A stretch of DNA of 64,000 nucleotides from Isurus oxyrinchus (taxonomy: Eukaryota): NCBI GenBank assembly GCA_026770705.1, contig JANJGN010000021.1:99262001-99326000 (forward strand), written 5' to 3'. The notes beneath the pieces are model-generated. The model worked only from the letters and a program-made list of their open reading frames with translations, was not told the origin of the DNA and searched no databases. This document shows, piece after piece, positions 53,681-64,000 of the stretch; within the stretch, counting starts at the first letter, position 1; each line of letters opens with the position of its first letter. Both the position numbers and the translations under genes were made by a program.

Positions 53681-54409
53681 TGTGGTGGGCGTGAGTGGAC
53701 AATATGGCAGGAAGATCAAAAATTCGTTTCATAACGTAGTGAAAGCAGTTTCCAATCGTCTGCTCCGCCCGTCAATGGTGGGCTGTGTTTCCCACTGCTG
53801 TATATCAGGAACTTCATTTTAATAAATCTTAGTATCATTCTAATCCCAGCCTGCCGGAATCATCCCCTCATCCTGGACCATCCGGGCACATCGGTTTGAT
53901 TCCACACCCACATGTTTCACAACAGCATTTAAAAGGCGAGTGTGCATCTGGTGAGCTGAGATTTGAGGGAAACTCGGAGGTGAGGACACACTCACATTGC
54001 CCAGCACACGGGAAGGTCACCTGTTGGACCTCAAGTTGACTCTGCTCTCATTCAGGCGAGGGCACAGGCCTGTCACTTTTACCCAGCTGGCTGGCAGCGC
54101 GGTGCCAGGGTAAGAGCTGCCCTGTGGTTGGGGCGAGTTGCGGGGGGGACCAAGGTCTGCCCTGTGGTTGATGTTAGTGCACAAGCACATGCGGGATAGG
54201 TGGGGGGGGGCAGTGAAGGGACCACACGTTAGGGTAACCTGTATAAAGTGACTATTCCTCCGCAGCTGAGACAGTTCAGGCACAGCCGCATTGACATGTG
54301 TGGAGTCGAGTCTCTAGCTTATCTGCCCCCTCAATCAACACAGAGGCATCAAAGTGCCACCAAGTGCTCCTGAATGTTTCGCCCCTCGGGCACAGACTAC
54401 AAACTAATG

Positions 54410-55200
54410 AGTGTTTTAGTGAACTGCAGAACAGTTGGCCGACTGGGCCTCAGGAAGGAGGGGTGGCTGGGGCTCCCATACACACTGCTGAAGAGCCACA
54501 GGCAGCCGATACTGGTCGGTGCCTGGCTAGACCCAGGGTCTATGGACAGCACTTGTCATTCCTGCACGTGACTGAGAACCAATGTCGCTGAAGGCTGCAC
54601 ATGTCCAGGGAACTGGTCAGTCACATCTGCCACCTGCTGCAGGGTTTAACACCACAGGGACGTGGAGGGCATCCACTGCCAGTAGCTGTGAAAGTGACTG
54701 TGGAGTTCAATTTCTACACCAGTGGCTCCTTTCAGGGCTCCACAGGCGACCTCTGTGGGATCTCACAATCCACCACCCACAAATGCATCCATGAGTCACA
54801 GATGCCATCTTCTCGAGGGCACACATCTGCAGCAGAGCGAAGGTAAAATGAGGATCGTGCAGCAACTCACAACTTGGTGGAGCAGATCACCGGGATGTTG
54901 AAAATGAGATTCCGGTGCCTGGACCGGTCTGGTGGAGCCCTGCAATACAGTCCACAGAGGGTGTCACACATCATCATCATCTGCTGTGCCCTTCACAACC
55001 TGGCACTGGAACAGGGAGAGGAGCTGGCTGAGGAGGAGATGGAGGTACTTCATGTTTCCTCCACTGAGGAGGACATCAACAGGGATGAGGGTGAGGAGGT
55101 CCTCAAAGGCGGTGATGAGGCCCTCGCACTGGCCAGATGAGGCAGGTAAGCTTGGGAGGCCTCATAGCTGCTAGATTTGTGGGGGGAGATGATGACATCC
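54410..55200 (+). mobile_element. PIF/Harbinger (HARBI1-like) transposase remnant with internal deletion; the element probably extends from about 53505 to 55500
   Basis: RPRVY..LSFLH..QCR*RLHMSRELVSHICHLL..LPVAVKVTV..FYTSGSFQ..DLCGISQS joined near 54824 to VEQITGMLKMRFRCLDRSGGALQYSP..CCALHNL. Confidence 0.9.
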
Positions 55201-55517
55201 TAGATCCTCATATTGTACCTGTGAACATTTGATTCCAGTCTGGCTGATGGCAGCGCACATACCCTCTGTGATAAGGCACAACAGATACCCACAGTCCCCC
55301 CATTCCAGGAGGATGATGACATGCAGTGGGGACACACATAGACCCTCAAGTATCTTATGTGAATGTCTGACTCCTGTCCGACTGGTGACACCTCACTTTC
55401 CCTCTGTGAACAGAGTCATATCATGGAGACGCAGTGGGGAAACTTTAACTTCTCCTGATCCTATGTCATCCATTGTGAGCTGATCCCTTCAGGACCAGAC
55501 TGTCACCGGACACAGGT

Positions 55518-56829
55518 TGTCATGACAGCAGATCATTGTCCCGAATTACTTACAGACATCTTGAACTTATGAAAATAACCTATATTTTTTTAAAAAGCAT
55601 ATACAAGCAAAAGCTGGCTGAGACTGTAACCACTCGATGGAAAATTCCTACGTGGATTACATTTGACCAAATAGTCCAGAGGGAACATAATGTTACACCT
55701 AAAAAGGTGTCAGAGTCTCCTTCAGACAGAGACACTTCAAATGAAGAGATGCAATGCCAAAAAAATACTGATCACCATCTGAGCAGAAACCATCTCCTGT
55801 TGAGTTAAATCCCAGACTGAGGACATAATCCGAGTTGAAATAGGCCATTCAGCCCATTGTGTCTGCAGTGGCCAAAACAGAGAAAAATGAAACTAGCCAC
55901 TCACTTTCATCCCACGTTCCAGCACCTGGTCCATAGCCCTGCAGGTTACAGAGATTCAGGTGCAGATCCAGGTACCTTTTAAATAAACTGAGTGTTTCAA
56001 CCTCAAACACCAACTTAGGCCGTGAATTCCAGACACCCACCACCCTCTGGGTGAAAAACCTTTTCCTCATGTTCCCTCTAATCTTTCTACCAATCACCTT
56101 CAATCTATGTCCCCTGGTAATTGACCCCTCATTAGGGGAAACAAGCCTTTCCTGTCTACCCTCTCTAGGCCCCTCATAATTTTGTACCCCTCGATTACTG
56201 TTCTGGTGTGTGTGATGTGAAGGTCACAGCTGAAGAACAGCAATTGGACATCCCTGTGTTTGCAGCTAAAGAAGACTTTCTCTCTGATTGCTGGAAGCAG
56301 GTGCCAAGTCAGCAATGCCACAGTCAAAAAGGAAGCAGGACAACTCATTTCAGCAAATCTGCAGAACCAAGTGTCTCCAGACCAACTGCTCAACTGCCAA
56401 AGTCAGCTCCACCGGAATCATCCAACCTCACGACCAGAGCGTTTCACCATCTACTCCTCATGGACAAGCCAAAGACTGATTTGTTTATCGTTTTTAAGTG
56501 TTATCTTTGGACTCACTTCACATTTCTATTCATTGTGTATTTGTATTTCATTTTTATTACTTTTTCTCAAGATTTAGTAACTAGTAAACTGACTATTTCT
56601 TAAACTTGGTTAAATTGGCTCCTTCTAAAACACAAGTACATTTGGACTGGGAAAAGGTATCCTCAAGGGAAGGGATCTTTTTAAATTAACCTTGTTGTGA
56701 CCAAATGAAGCAGTTGAATAAAGTAGGGGAGCCAGGTCATTCCTCCTCACCCAAGATCAGAAGGATTTGAGGATTCTCGCCAGGAGCATAACAAATTGGA
56801 GGAACCTTACCCGGGGGCCAGGCGTAATA
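55518..56829 (+). mobile_element. Possible LTR-like element interrupted by a CR1 fragment
   Basis: Starts tgtcatgac; AATAAA near 56717; cataaca|aattgg at 56793 resembles an LTR end followed by a PBS-like start. No TSD seen. Confidence 0.3.
55836..56195 (-). mobile_element. CR1 LINE 3' fragment
   Basis: ORF 55849-56103 (MRKRFFTQRVVGVWNS..FKRYLD) and IEGYKIMRGLERVDRKGLFPL are CR1 ORF2 C-terminal motifs. Confidence 0.85.
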
Positions 56830-57030
56830 AAGTGTAAGGATGGAGGGGAGTGTGGGAATGAGTATTTCTTACACAATCTCCATTCCCTCACACCTGTTGT
56901 GTTCTCGCTCTCTGATAATGGATTATTCCCCATTCTAACTGACATTTCTTTTGCTTCTGCAGATTCACCAAGTGTGACCTACACAACAGCTCAGAGTAAG
57001 TGACTGAGGGACAGATTGTTGGGAATGAAA
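56827..57030 (+). pseudogene. Orphan ~200-bp duplicate carrying class I cytoplasmic exon 1 (exon 56963-56995)
   Basis: Exon identical (33/33) to 51956-51988, with intact ag/gt sites and highly similar flanks. No TM exon or cytoplasmic exon 2 beside it. Confidence 0.9.
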
Positions 57031-57075
57031 CATATTAGATTTTCTGCACATTTCCTTTGTTTTAATTTATCTCAG

Positions 57076-57695
57076 TTTTGAAGGATCCTTAAATGTACAT
57101 GGGTTTTTATCAGGAGTTTTCTGACTCAATATAAAAGACTCGGAAACACGTCAAGTGGGACAATCGATGGGATAAAATCCCATTTCCAGAGCTTGGACAG
57201 GTGAGGGGTCAGTCTCCAACCCTCTCCTGTTAAACTGTCGGGGATTGTGTTGGTCTCTTCCCCATTGTACAACTTTCCCCTGCAGGAAGGACTGACCCTT
57301 CACCTCACTGACCAGATTGTTCCAGAAATCGATGGAATGGAGGATCCAACATGGATGTGACTGGATCCAGGCCTCACGGAGAAGCTGAGGAAACTCCGAC
57401 TGCAGCTGTCGGGGCAGCTGGAGAGCAGCTGGGGGCTGATACATTTGGACATTGGGAGGGAGAAAATCCCTCTCCCTCCCCCAGGAAATCAGACCAAAGA
57501 TCAGTGCAGATGGAGAGTGAAACAAGTGACATTTTATTTTAACAGCAAATCCCCATTGCAAGACCTTCGAGGTAATCAGTGTTGAACAATGTAAACCTCA
57601 GAAAATTGGTCTAAAACATTACATAACATTTATGTTAATGAGTTATTTTTCTACTTTGTAAATTGTTATAATCTTAAATGTTTCATGTTAATAAA
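57076..57695 (+). pseudogene. Candidate decayed last two exons of an unidentified gene (57076-57200 and 57286-57360) with AATAAA at 57690-57695
   Basis: ctcag|..CAG|gtgagg, 85-bp intron, cccctgcag|. Reads LKDP*MYMGFYQEFSDSI*KTRKHVKWDNRWDKIPFPELGQ|EGLTLHLTDQIVPEIDGMEDPTWM*, with two in-frame TAA. Confidence 0.4.
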
Positions 57696-58399
57696 AGTTA
57701 TTTAGAGTGACTCCAGGATGATGGGTAAATACAACAACAACAGACTCAAATAGAACACCAACAATTTATAATTTACAAATAGAATTCTCATTAAATAAGA
57801 CAACACAAACATTTCCTCAAAATGTAACAGCAACAAACCCCCCCTCTCTGTGCCTGAGGGTCACTGTCACAAAGGGGGAGGGGAGAGATAAAGATGTCCA
57901 CTCTGCAAGAGCTGCCACCCTAATGCCCCCTGCATCTTCCCCGTACCCGTGTCCTGCCCCCACTTGTGACAGAGACACGCCCAGCAGCTGATAACTCCTC
58001 ACTGGGGAGCTGCTGACCAGAAGCTGCATCCACTCGAGGTCCAGCTGCTGTCTCGTGGTCCTGCTCTGTTTCTGTACTTGGAGCTGTCAGGAGTGGCTCT
58101 ATTGGGGTTATTTGTGATACTGCAATGCTGAAGGTGCAACATGGGGCAGGAGAGACAGTGTCACTTCACCTGCCCTCCCACCCAGGGTGCTCACCCTCCT
58201 GTTCGTCTGGATGTCACTCCCCTTGCCTGGCCAGCTCAGTTAGTGTCTCACTTCCTTCTGCTCAGTGTCTTCACCAGGTTCCCTTTCAGGCCCCTGGGCT
58301 GCTCTCACTGACTCACCACCACCTCCAGCCGCTGTGTCCAAAGACAGCACCTGTCAGGAGAAAACAGGAGCCTCACTACACCCACAGTTACAGTTTATA

Positions 58400-58775
58400 T
58401 TGAAGATACTCATTTCATGTCCTTCACTCAAACTGAATATTTTACACAGTTTTCAGCCCCAGTATAAAATGGCCGAGGGTCTTAGTCAGTGGTCTTTCCC
58501 CAATGAGCCTCTGCACCAGATGCTCCAAGTTTTAATATGTCCCTCAGCATTAGTCCTGGAACTTGGAATGTGCCAGTCTGCAACACTCACTGATCAACAA
58601 CACTGGGCACTGGGAGAGCAGCTAGTTTCAGACAGACCAAAGCACTTCCTTCACTCAGTTGATCGTCCTCCATCAGCAGATGTTGTTTATCTCGGTGTGT
58701 GTTCCTGGGAACAGCCGGTAGAACACAGAGTCCTGCTTAATGGAGCTGCTGGGATGAACAGTCTGTGACTCTCTG
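58400..58775 (-). mobile_element. L1/Tx1-clade LINE 3' fragment
   Basis: Minus strand reads FIPSSSIKQDSVFYRLFPGTHTEIN..WRTIN*VKEVLWS..ECCRLAHSKFQD and, after a frameshift, AEAHWGKTT, resembling fish Tx1-like ORF2 C-termini. Confidence 0.7.
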
Positions 58776-59258
58776 GGAATTCACTGCCTCGATTCTCACC
58801 TTTTTCATAGCACACAACTTGTAAAGTGAAGTGACTCTCTCATTTCTGCCTGTAACTGTCTAGTATAACCATCCACACTGACTTCTGGAACCTGTTACTC
58901 TCTGTCCTGATTTACATTGTACTTGTTCAACTTCCCTTCAGTATCTGTGAAGAGAATCTGTGGAGTGGTGGGTGCCACACACCCTCTGATATACCTTGAA
59001 ATGAAATATAAAACCCTTTCCATTCAATTCACCAATCTGGGTGGTACATACGACCGAAGGGTGAATCCCTCGTGGTGTCAGTCACTTCGAACAGGCGTGT
59101 AAGTCTTCCTGAAGAACTCAGTTCATGAAGCCTGAATACCTCAACGTATCAGTCAGGAATACGACAGCCCCTAATATCTCAATCTGTCCACAACAAGGGA
59201 TGAACCCCATCCCAGAAACAGTCATGGGATATTTCTGGATATATGGCTCCATAACGAT

Positions 59259-59383
59259 GGGCGGAATTTTATGGCTCCTCCTGCTGTCGGAATCTTCAGG
59301 TCCCGCTGAAGCCAATGGGCTTTTAAACTGTTCACCACATTTTAGCCCCGCCCCCACTGTGGTGGGTCCATAAAATTCTGCCC
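59259..59383. mobile_element. 125-bp MITE-like element with 16-bp terminal inverted repeats (Harbinger-like)
   Basis: gggcggaattttatgg (59259-59274) and ccataaaattctgccc (59368-59383), 15/16 match; 3-bp flanks gat and cat. Confidence 0.7.
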
Positions 59384-59384
59384 C

Positions 59385-60050
59385 ATGTGTCTGACTTTTT
59401 TGTGTGTGTGTGTTTGTGTGACAGCGTNNNNNNNNNNNNNNNNNNNNNNNNNNNNNNNNNNNNNNNNNNNNNNNNNNNNNNNNNNNNNNNNNNNNNNNNN
59501 NNNNNNNNNNNNNNNNNNNNNNNNNNNNNNNNNNNNNNNNNNNNNNNNNNNNNNNNNNNNNNNNNNNNNNNNNNNNNNNNNNNNNNNNNNNNNNNNNNNN
59601 NNNNNNNNNNNNNNTGTGACAGCGTGTGTGTGTGTGTGGCAGTGTGTGTGTGTGTTTGTGTGACAGCATGTGTATGGCAGTGTGTGTGTGTGTGAAAGCG
59701 TGTGTGTGTCTGTGTGTGACAGCATGTGTGTGTGGCAGTGTGTGTGTGTGTGAGTTTGTGTGTGTCAGAATGTGTGACATTGTCAGAATTTGTGAGTTTG
59801 TGTCAGTGGGCGTGTGTCACTGTGTGTGTGGGTATGTGTATTTGTGTGTGTGTGTGTGTGTGTGTGCACGTGGGTGTGTGTGCGAGTGTGCCAGTATGTG
59901 TGCCTGTGTGTGCGTATGTGTCAGTGGGTCTATGCCTGTGCCTGTGTGTATGTGTATATGTGTCAATGTGTGTCACTCTTTGTGTCTATGTGTGTGTCTG
60001 TCACTGTTCATGTGTGTGTGTGTCTGTGTGTGTTGTGTATTCTGATGTAT
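59385..60050. repeat. Compound (TG)n microsatellite containing an N gap at 59428-59614
   Basis: Imperfect TG runs with tgtgacagc interruptions. Confidence 0.95.
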
Positions 60051-60251
60051 CTGACTTTGTATCCATATCTGTCTGTCTCTCTTTTCCTGCAAACTCTGTA
60101 TGGATCTGTCTATCCACAAGATCCTGCTTTCTGTCCGTGAGATGTGGATCACATATTCTGACCACATTAAGAAATGGAATCACTTTCCCCCGAGCTTCCT
60201 GATTCCACAAATGAAGATCAGATGGTTAAACAAGATCTCACACACCAAAGT

Positions 60252-61063
60252 TGTTATGACACAGCCGATGATAAATGCTGAGCTGTTCAAATCCCAGAGG
60301 GTCAGAACCAATTTTGCAATTTGTATGTTTCGAGATGCAGGCTTTGAATTCAGTAGTAATAAGACTACCGAGTCTCAAGAGGTTCTTATAAATTAAACAT
60401 GTATTAATTAAAAGATTGTAAGCACATACATACATATGTCTACAAATTACTCCTATAATAGTTTCTAAAAATCCCCTAATTGCTCTTATTCCCAGTTACA
60501 CCTCTGTTAAGACAACAGTAAACCACAGAGATTTAAACACACCCCTGGCAAAGCACACCCTGGACTGTCGCATTCAAAACAAGTTTCTTTCAGCTCTGGA
60601 ACCACACAGACAATGCCTTAAGGGTTACAGGCTAGAGCCTTTAGGTCTTAGAATGCCTCTCCTTTTACAAAGTCTTCTCTTCCTTCATACATATTTTCCT
60701 CTTTGAATGCAAATTCTCATTGTATCACTAGATTCTTTGAACTTTACCTTTCCTAACAATAAAGTCCTTTCATAAATTCAATTTTATTAGAAAGCTTTGA
60801 AAAAAAAATAAACACATTGTTTGGCTTCTTCTGGCTAGGTATAATATTTTACCCACTCTTCTGACTGGTCTATTTAAAAATGCAAATTAGCCCCATGTTT
60901 ATTGAATTAATAATTCAAACTTACTTCTCTTCTATACATCATTCGTGTTGACTAGCTAGCTTTAATCCAATTAAGGCTCACACACATAATCACAGACACC
61001 ACTAAACTCTATTTGAAATATAATTTCCAATAAAATTACAAACATTATTATATCTTCTTGACA
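60252..61063. mobile_element. Possible solo LTR-like insertion in the 3' region of the minus-strand paralog
   Basis: tgttatgac...ttcttgaca termini around an AT-rich 812-bp block. No TSD. Confidence 0.35.
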
Positions 61064-61309
61064 GAGATGATCAACAAGCTGAGCTTCCAGCTCTCAATGC
61101 TCCAGCTGTGAATCACGGTGACAATGGTCAGCTCACGAGGTTCCAGTGTCTGATGAACCAATCCCCAAGATGATCTTTTCTAGAACATTTCAGGGTGATC
61201 CTGGGAGTTATAAACTCTGTTACAAAGGGAAGCAGAAACAGTGCAAGACGGATGTCCATAATTGGGAACAAGTTGTTGAAGGCAAGAAAGTGTGAGGGAA
61301 AACCATCCC

Positions 61310-61375
61310 TGGATGTCCATGTTCACACTCGAACAGGCAAATCCAGTTATTCACCAATGAGGCTCTGGGAATGTC
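61310..61375 (-). other. Start of the 3'UTR exon of the minus-strand class I paralog
   Basis: Reverse complement matches 52800-52865 and keeps the ccactgcag acceptor. Confidence 0.75.
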
Positions 61376-61435
61376 CTGCAGTGGAACACAGTAAACCATG
61401 AGGTAAGGAATGGACAGAAACAGGGCAATCGGTTC

Positions 61436-61795
61436 AGGGTCAGGAGGGCAGTGAAATTAGTCTGACAGGTTTTAACAGTGTCTGGGAGGGTGAGACAGGA
61501 TCAGGAGTGCAGTGAAATTAGTCTGACAGGTTTAACAGTGTCTGAGAGGGTGAGACAGGGTCAGGAGGGCAGTGAAATTAGTCTGACAGGTTTAACAGTG
61601 TCTGAGAGGGTGAGACAGGGTCAGGAGGACAGTGAAATTAGTCTGACAGGTTTTAACAGTGTCTGGGAGGGTGAGACAGGATCAGGAGGACAGTGAAATT
61701 AGTCTGACAGGTTTAACAGTGTCTGGGAGGGTGAGACAGGGTCAGGAGGGCAGTGAAATTAGTCTGACAGGTTTAACAGTCTCTGGAAGGGTGAG
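61436..61795. repeat. 60/61-bp intronic minisatellite, 6 copies (inverted counterpart of 52535-52738)
   Basis: gtgaaattagtctgacagg at about 61451, 61512, 61572, 61632, 61693 and 61753. Confidence 0.95.
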
Positions 61796-61864
61796 AGCAT
61801 CAGGAGCAGAGTGAAAAAGTTACTAATACATCAATATTGAAAATTGAAGTTGTCACTTACTGAA

Positions 61865-61896
61865 TCAGGAAGGTTCTGGAACAGAGACGTCAGAAG
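61865..61896 (-). CDS. Paralog 2 cytoplasmic exon 2, coding part (TSDVSVPEPS*); exon 61861-61896
   Basis: Reverse complement CT TCT GAC GTC TCT GTT CCA GAA CCT TCC TGA with ttctcag acceptor and gtaagt donor. Confidence 0.85.
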
Positions 61897-62009
61897 CTGA
61901 GAAAATAAAAACAGAAGGTGAGAAACAGGATTACATATAAGAAACCGAGAGTGTGAGACATTCTATATCACTCACTGAGCCCAAGATCCATTCACTCATC
62001 GGCTCATAA

Positions 62010-63300
62010 ACATTCCCAGCACCAAAGGAGGCCATTAAACCCATCGTATCCAAGTCGGTCAACAAAGGTCAGACTACACTCATCCTATTTTGCAACACTT
62101 GGCCCATAGCGCTGGAGGCCATGGCAATGCAAGTGAATATCTAAATACTTCTTCAATATTACGAGAGCTTCTAACTCAACCACCCTTCCAGGCAGTGGGT
62201 TCCAGACTCCCACCACCTTTCTCCTCAACTCCCCTCTTAATCCCAGCATTAACTAAACTGACTCACACATGGTAAATGAACACAGAGGGAGTGCAGGGTG
62301 AGGGAAAGGAGGGTGAGGAAGAGGAGATTGAGGGAGAGGAGGTTGAGGGAGTGGAGGGTGACGGAGTGGAGGGTGACGGAGTGGAGAAAGACAGTGAATC
62401 CCCCTGAGGAATTTGAGTTGAATGTTCCTATCTTCTCCAGTATTGACTTGACTAAGAGGTGATCTCATTGAAACAGATAAAATTCTGAGAGGATTTGATG
62501 GGAAGACATTGAGAATCTCTTTCCCCTGTCAGGAGAGTCCAGATCCAGGATTCCCAGTCTCAGGATAAGGGATCAGTCAGTTTGGGCTGAGATGGAGAAA
62601 TGTCTTCACTCAGAGAGTTGTGAATCTTTGGAATTGTCTATCCAGAGGGTTGTGGATGATCAGGTGATGAGTACATTCAGCACTGAGATCCATCGATTCT
62701 GCAGCACTGAGGGGATCAAGGGATCTGGGAATGAAGTGGGAATGTGGAATTGTAACTAAGTTGAAGTGGAGCTCCCTAGAATCATAGAAACTTTCAGCAC
62801 AAAAGGAAACCATTCTGCCCATCTTCTCCTGCTGGATCTTTGAAACAGCCATTATGCTTTGTCCTAGATTCCCGCTTCTTGTCTTTATCACTGTAAGTTC
62901 CTCATCCTCAAGCATCTGTTCAACCCCCTTTTAATATTATTTATGGGATCAGCTTCCACTACATTTTCAGGTGCAGTGTTCCACATCCCGACAACTCCCA
63001 GAGTGAAAAACGTTTCTCTTCTTCTCCTCTCTGGATCACTGAGCAGTGATAGTAAATCTATAACCTCTCGTTATCGATCACTCACCAGATAGAATCATTT
63101 TTCTCCATCTACTCTATCAAAACTTTTCTTCATCAGGAAAATCTCTATTCAATGACCTCTTAACCGTCTCTATTCCAGGAGACAGTCTGAACACTTCCAA
63201 TCTCTCCTATTGATGTAGGGAATCAGCCATGATCTTAATGAATGGTGGAGCAGGCCTGAGGGAGGCGTATGGACTATTCCTGCTCTGATTTCTTATGTTC
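62010..63300. mobile_element. Cluster of CR1-type 3' fragments in both orientations within the paralog 2 intron
   Basis: About 62010-62250 (-); 62450-62760 (+; gaggtgatctcattgaaac...cactcagagagttgtgaatctttggaatt); 62775-63205 (-); 63225-63300 (+ tail). Confidence 0.7.
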
Positions 63301-63548
63301 ATCTTCCTGAGACCACAGCTCCCAGGAGTGGAGAAGCAGGGACAGGAGAGGAGGGGGAGGGAATGAGGGTAACAGAGTGGATGGGGAGGGAATGGTGGGT
63401 AAGGAAAGGAGGGTGAGGGTGTCGTCAGCAAGGGAGGAGTGAGTGAGTGACCCACATTTGCAATCCTAAATTACTCCCAGGAGAATATAATTGTACAACT
63501 TTCAATCCCTCCTATTTCACTCCCACAATCTGTCCCTCAGTCACTTAC

Positions 63549-63581
63549 TCTGAGCTGTTGTGTAGGTCACACTTGGTGAAT
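63549..63581 (-). CDS. Paralog 2 cytoplasmic exon 1 (DSPSVTYTTAQ); the rest of the gene lies beyond the right edge
   Basis: Reverse complement identical to 51956-51988 with intact splice sites; intron similarity continues to 64000. Confidence 0.88.
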
Positions 63582-63904
63582 CTGCAGAAGAAAAATAAAT
63601 GTCAGTTAGAATGGGGAATAATCCATTATCAGAGAGTGAAAACACAACAAGTGTGAGGGAATGGAGATTGTGTAAGAAATACTCATTCCCATACTCCCCT
63701 CCATCCTTACACTTTATGGATAGCCTGTCGATCTCTTCCATTCCATCGATATTCAGTAGGCGAGGATGTGAGTGTGTGTGGTGGGTTTAATGATCAATAT
63801 TAGACCTGGTCTGGGCTGATCACACTAAGGAAGATCAGACGGGAACAAGACATGTTTATATGTGTGTATCTGTGTGTGGGAATTAAATCAGTTCCATTCA
63901 ACAC

Positions 63905-64000
63905 AGTGTCCTGTACTCCCAGTACCGGAGATTCCCCCACACTCACTCTGTCCCCTCAGTTCCACATTCCCCTCTCTCTCACTCTCCCTGCTCAGTGTCC
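63905..64000. repeat. 89-bp minisatellite, inverted counterpart of 51287-51629, truncated by the window end
   Basis: cagtgtcctgtactcccagtaccggagattcccccacactcactctgtcccctcagttccacattcccc. Confidence 0.9.

Noticed and set aside
57720-58380. Myb/SANT partner gene of the Harbinger element on the minus strand
   Set aside because: A splice acceptor is present near 58350, but all frames are interrupted and no Myb-like motif is recognisable.
59118-60210. His/Thr-rich and Cys/Val-rich ORFs
   Set aside because: Translations of the TG microsatellite and the N gap.

Overview
Vertebrate genomic DNA, most likely a cartilaginous fish (inferred from the shark-type MHC class I exons and the CR1/RTE/Tx1/Harbinger repeat content). 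The first 40.7 kb is two abutting tandem arrays: a C-rich 39-bp satellite (1-~30531) and a CpG-rich, TTAA-containing 28-bp satellite (~30535-40710). The several hundred ORFs listed for 1-30.5 kb are artefacts of the 39-bp (13-codon) period. The last 23 kb is a rearranged MHC class I-like cluster. On the + strand are intact alpha2 (276 bp), alpha3 (cut by an N gap), transmembrane, two cytoplasmic exons and a 3'UTR exon. The 3' end of a paralog lies tail-to-tail on the - strand, an orphan third copy of the 33-bp Tyr exon lies between them, and there are several decayed exon sets plus LINE, Harbinger and LTR-like insertions. The most notable points are: (i) the alpha2 domain lacks both canonical cysteines (C101V, C164Y) and Y159/W167, yet keeps the beta2m contacts and the peptide C-terminus anchors T143/K146/W147; (ii) no leader or alpha1 exon is visible anywhere upstream in the window. 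I cannot demonstrate a wholly new system from sequence alone. The best candidate is a divergent, disulfide-less nonclassical class I family evolving by exon-level duplication next to large satellite arrays.
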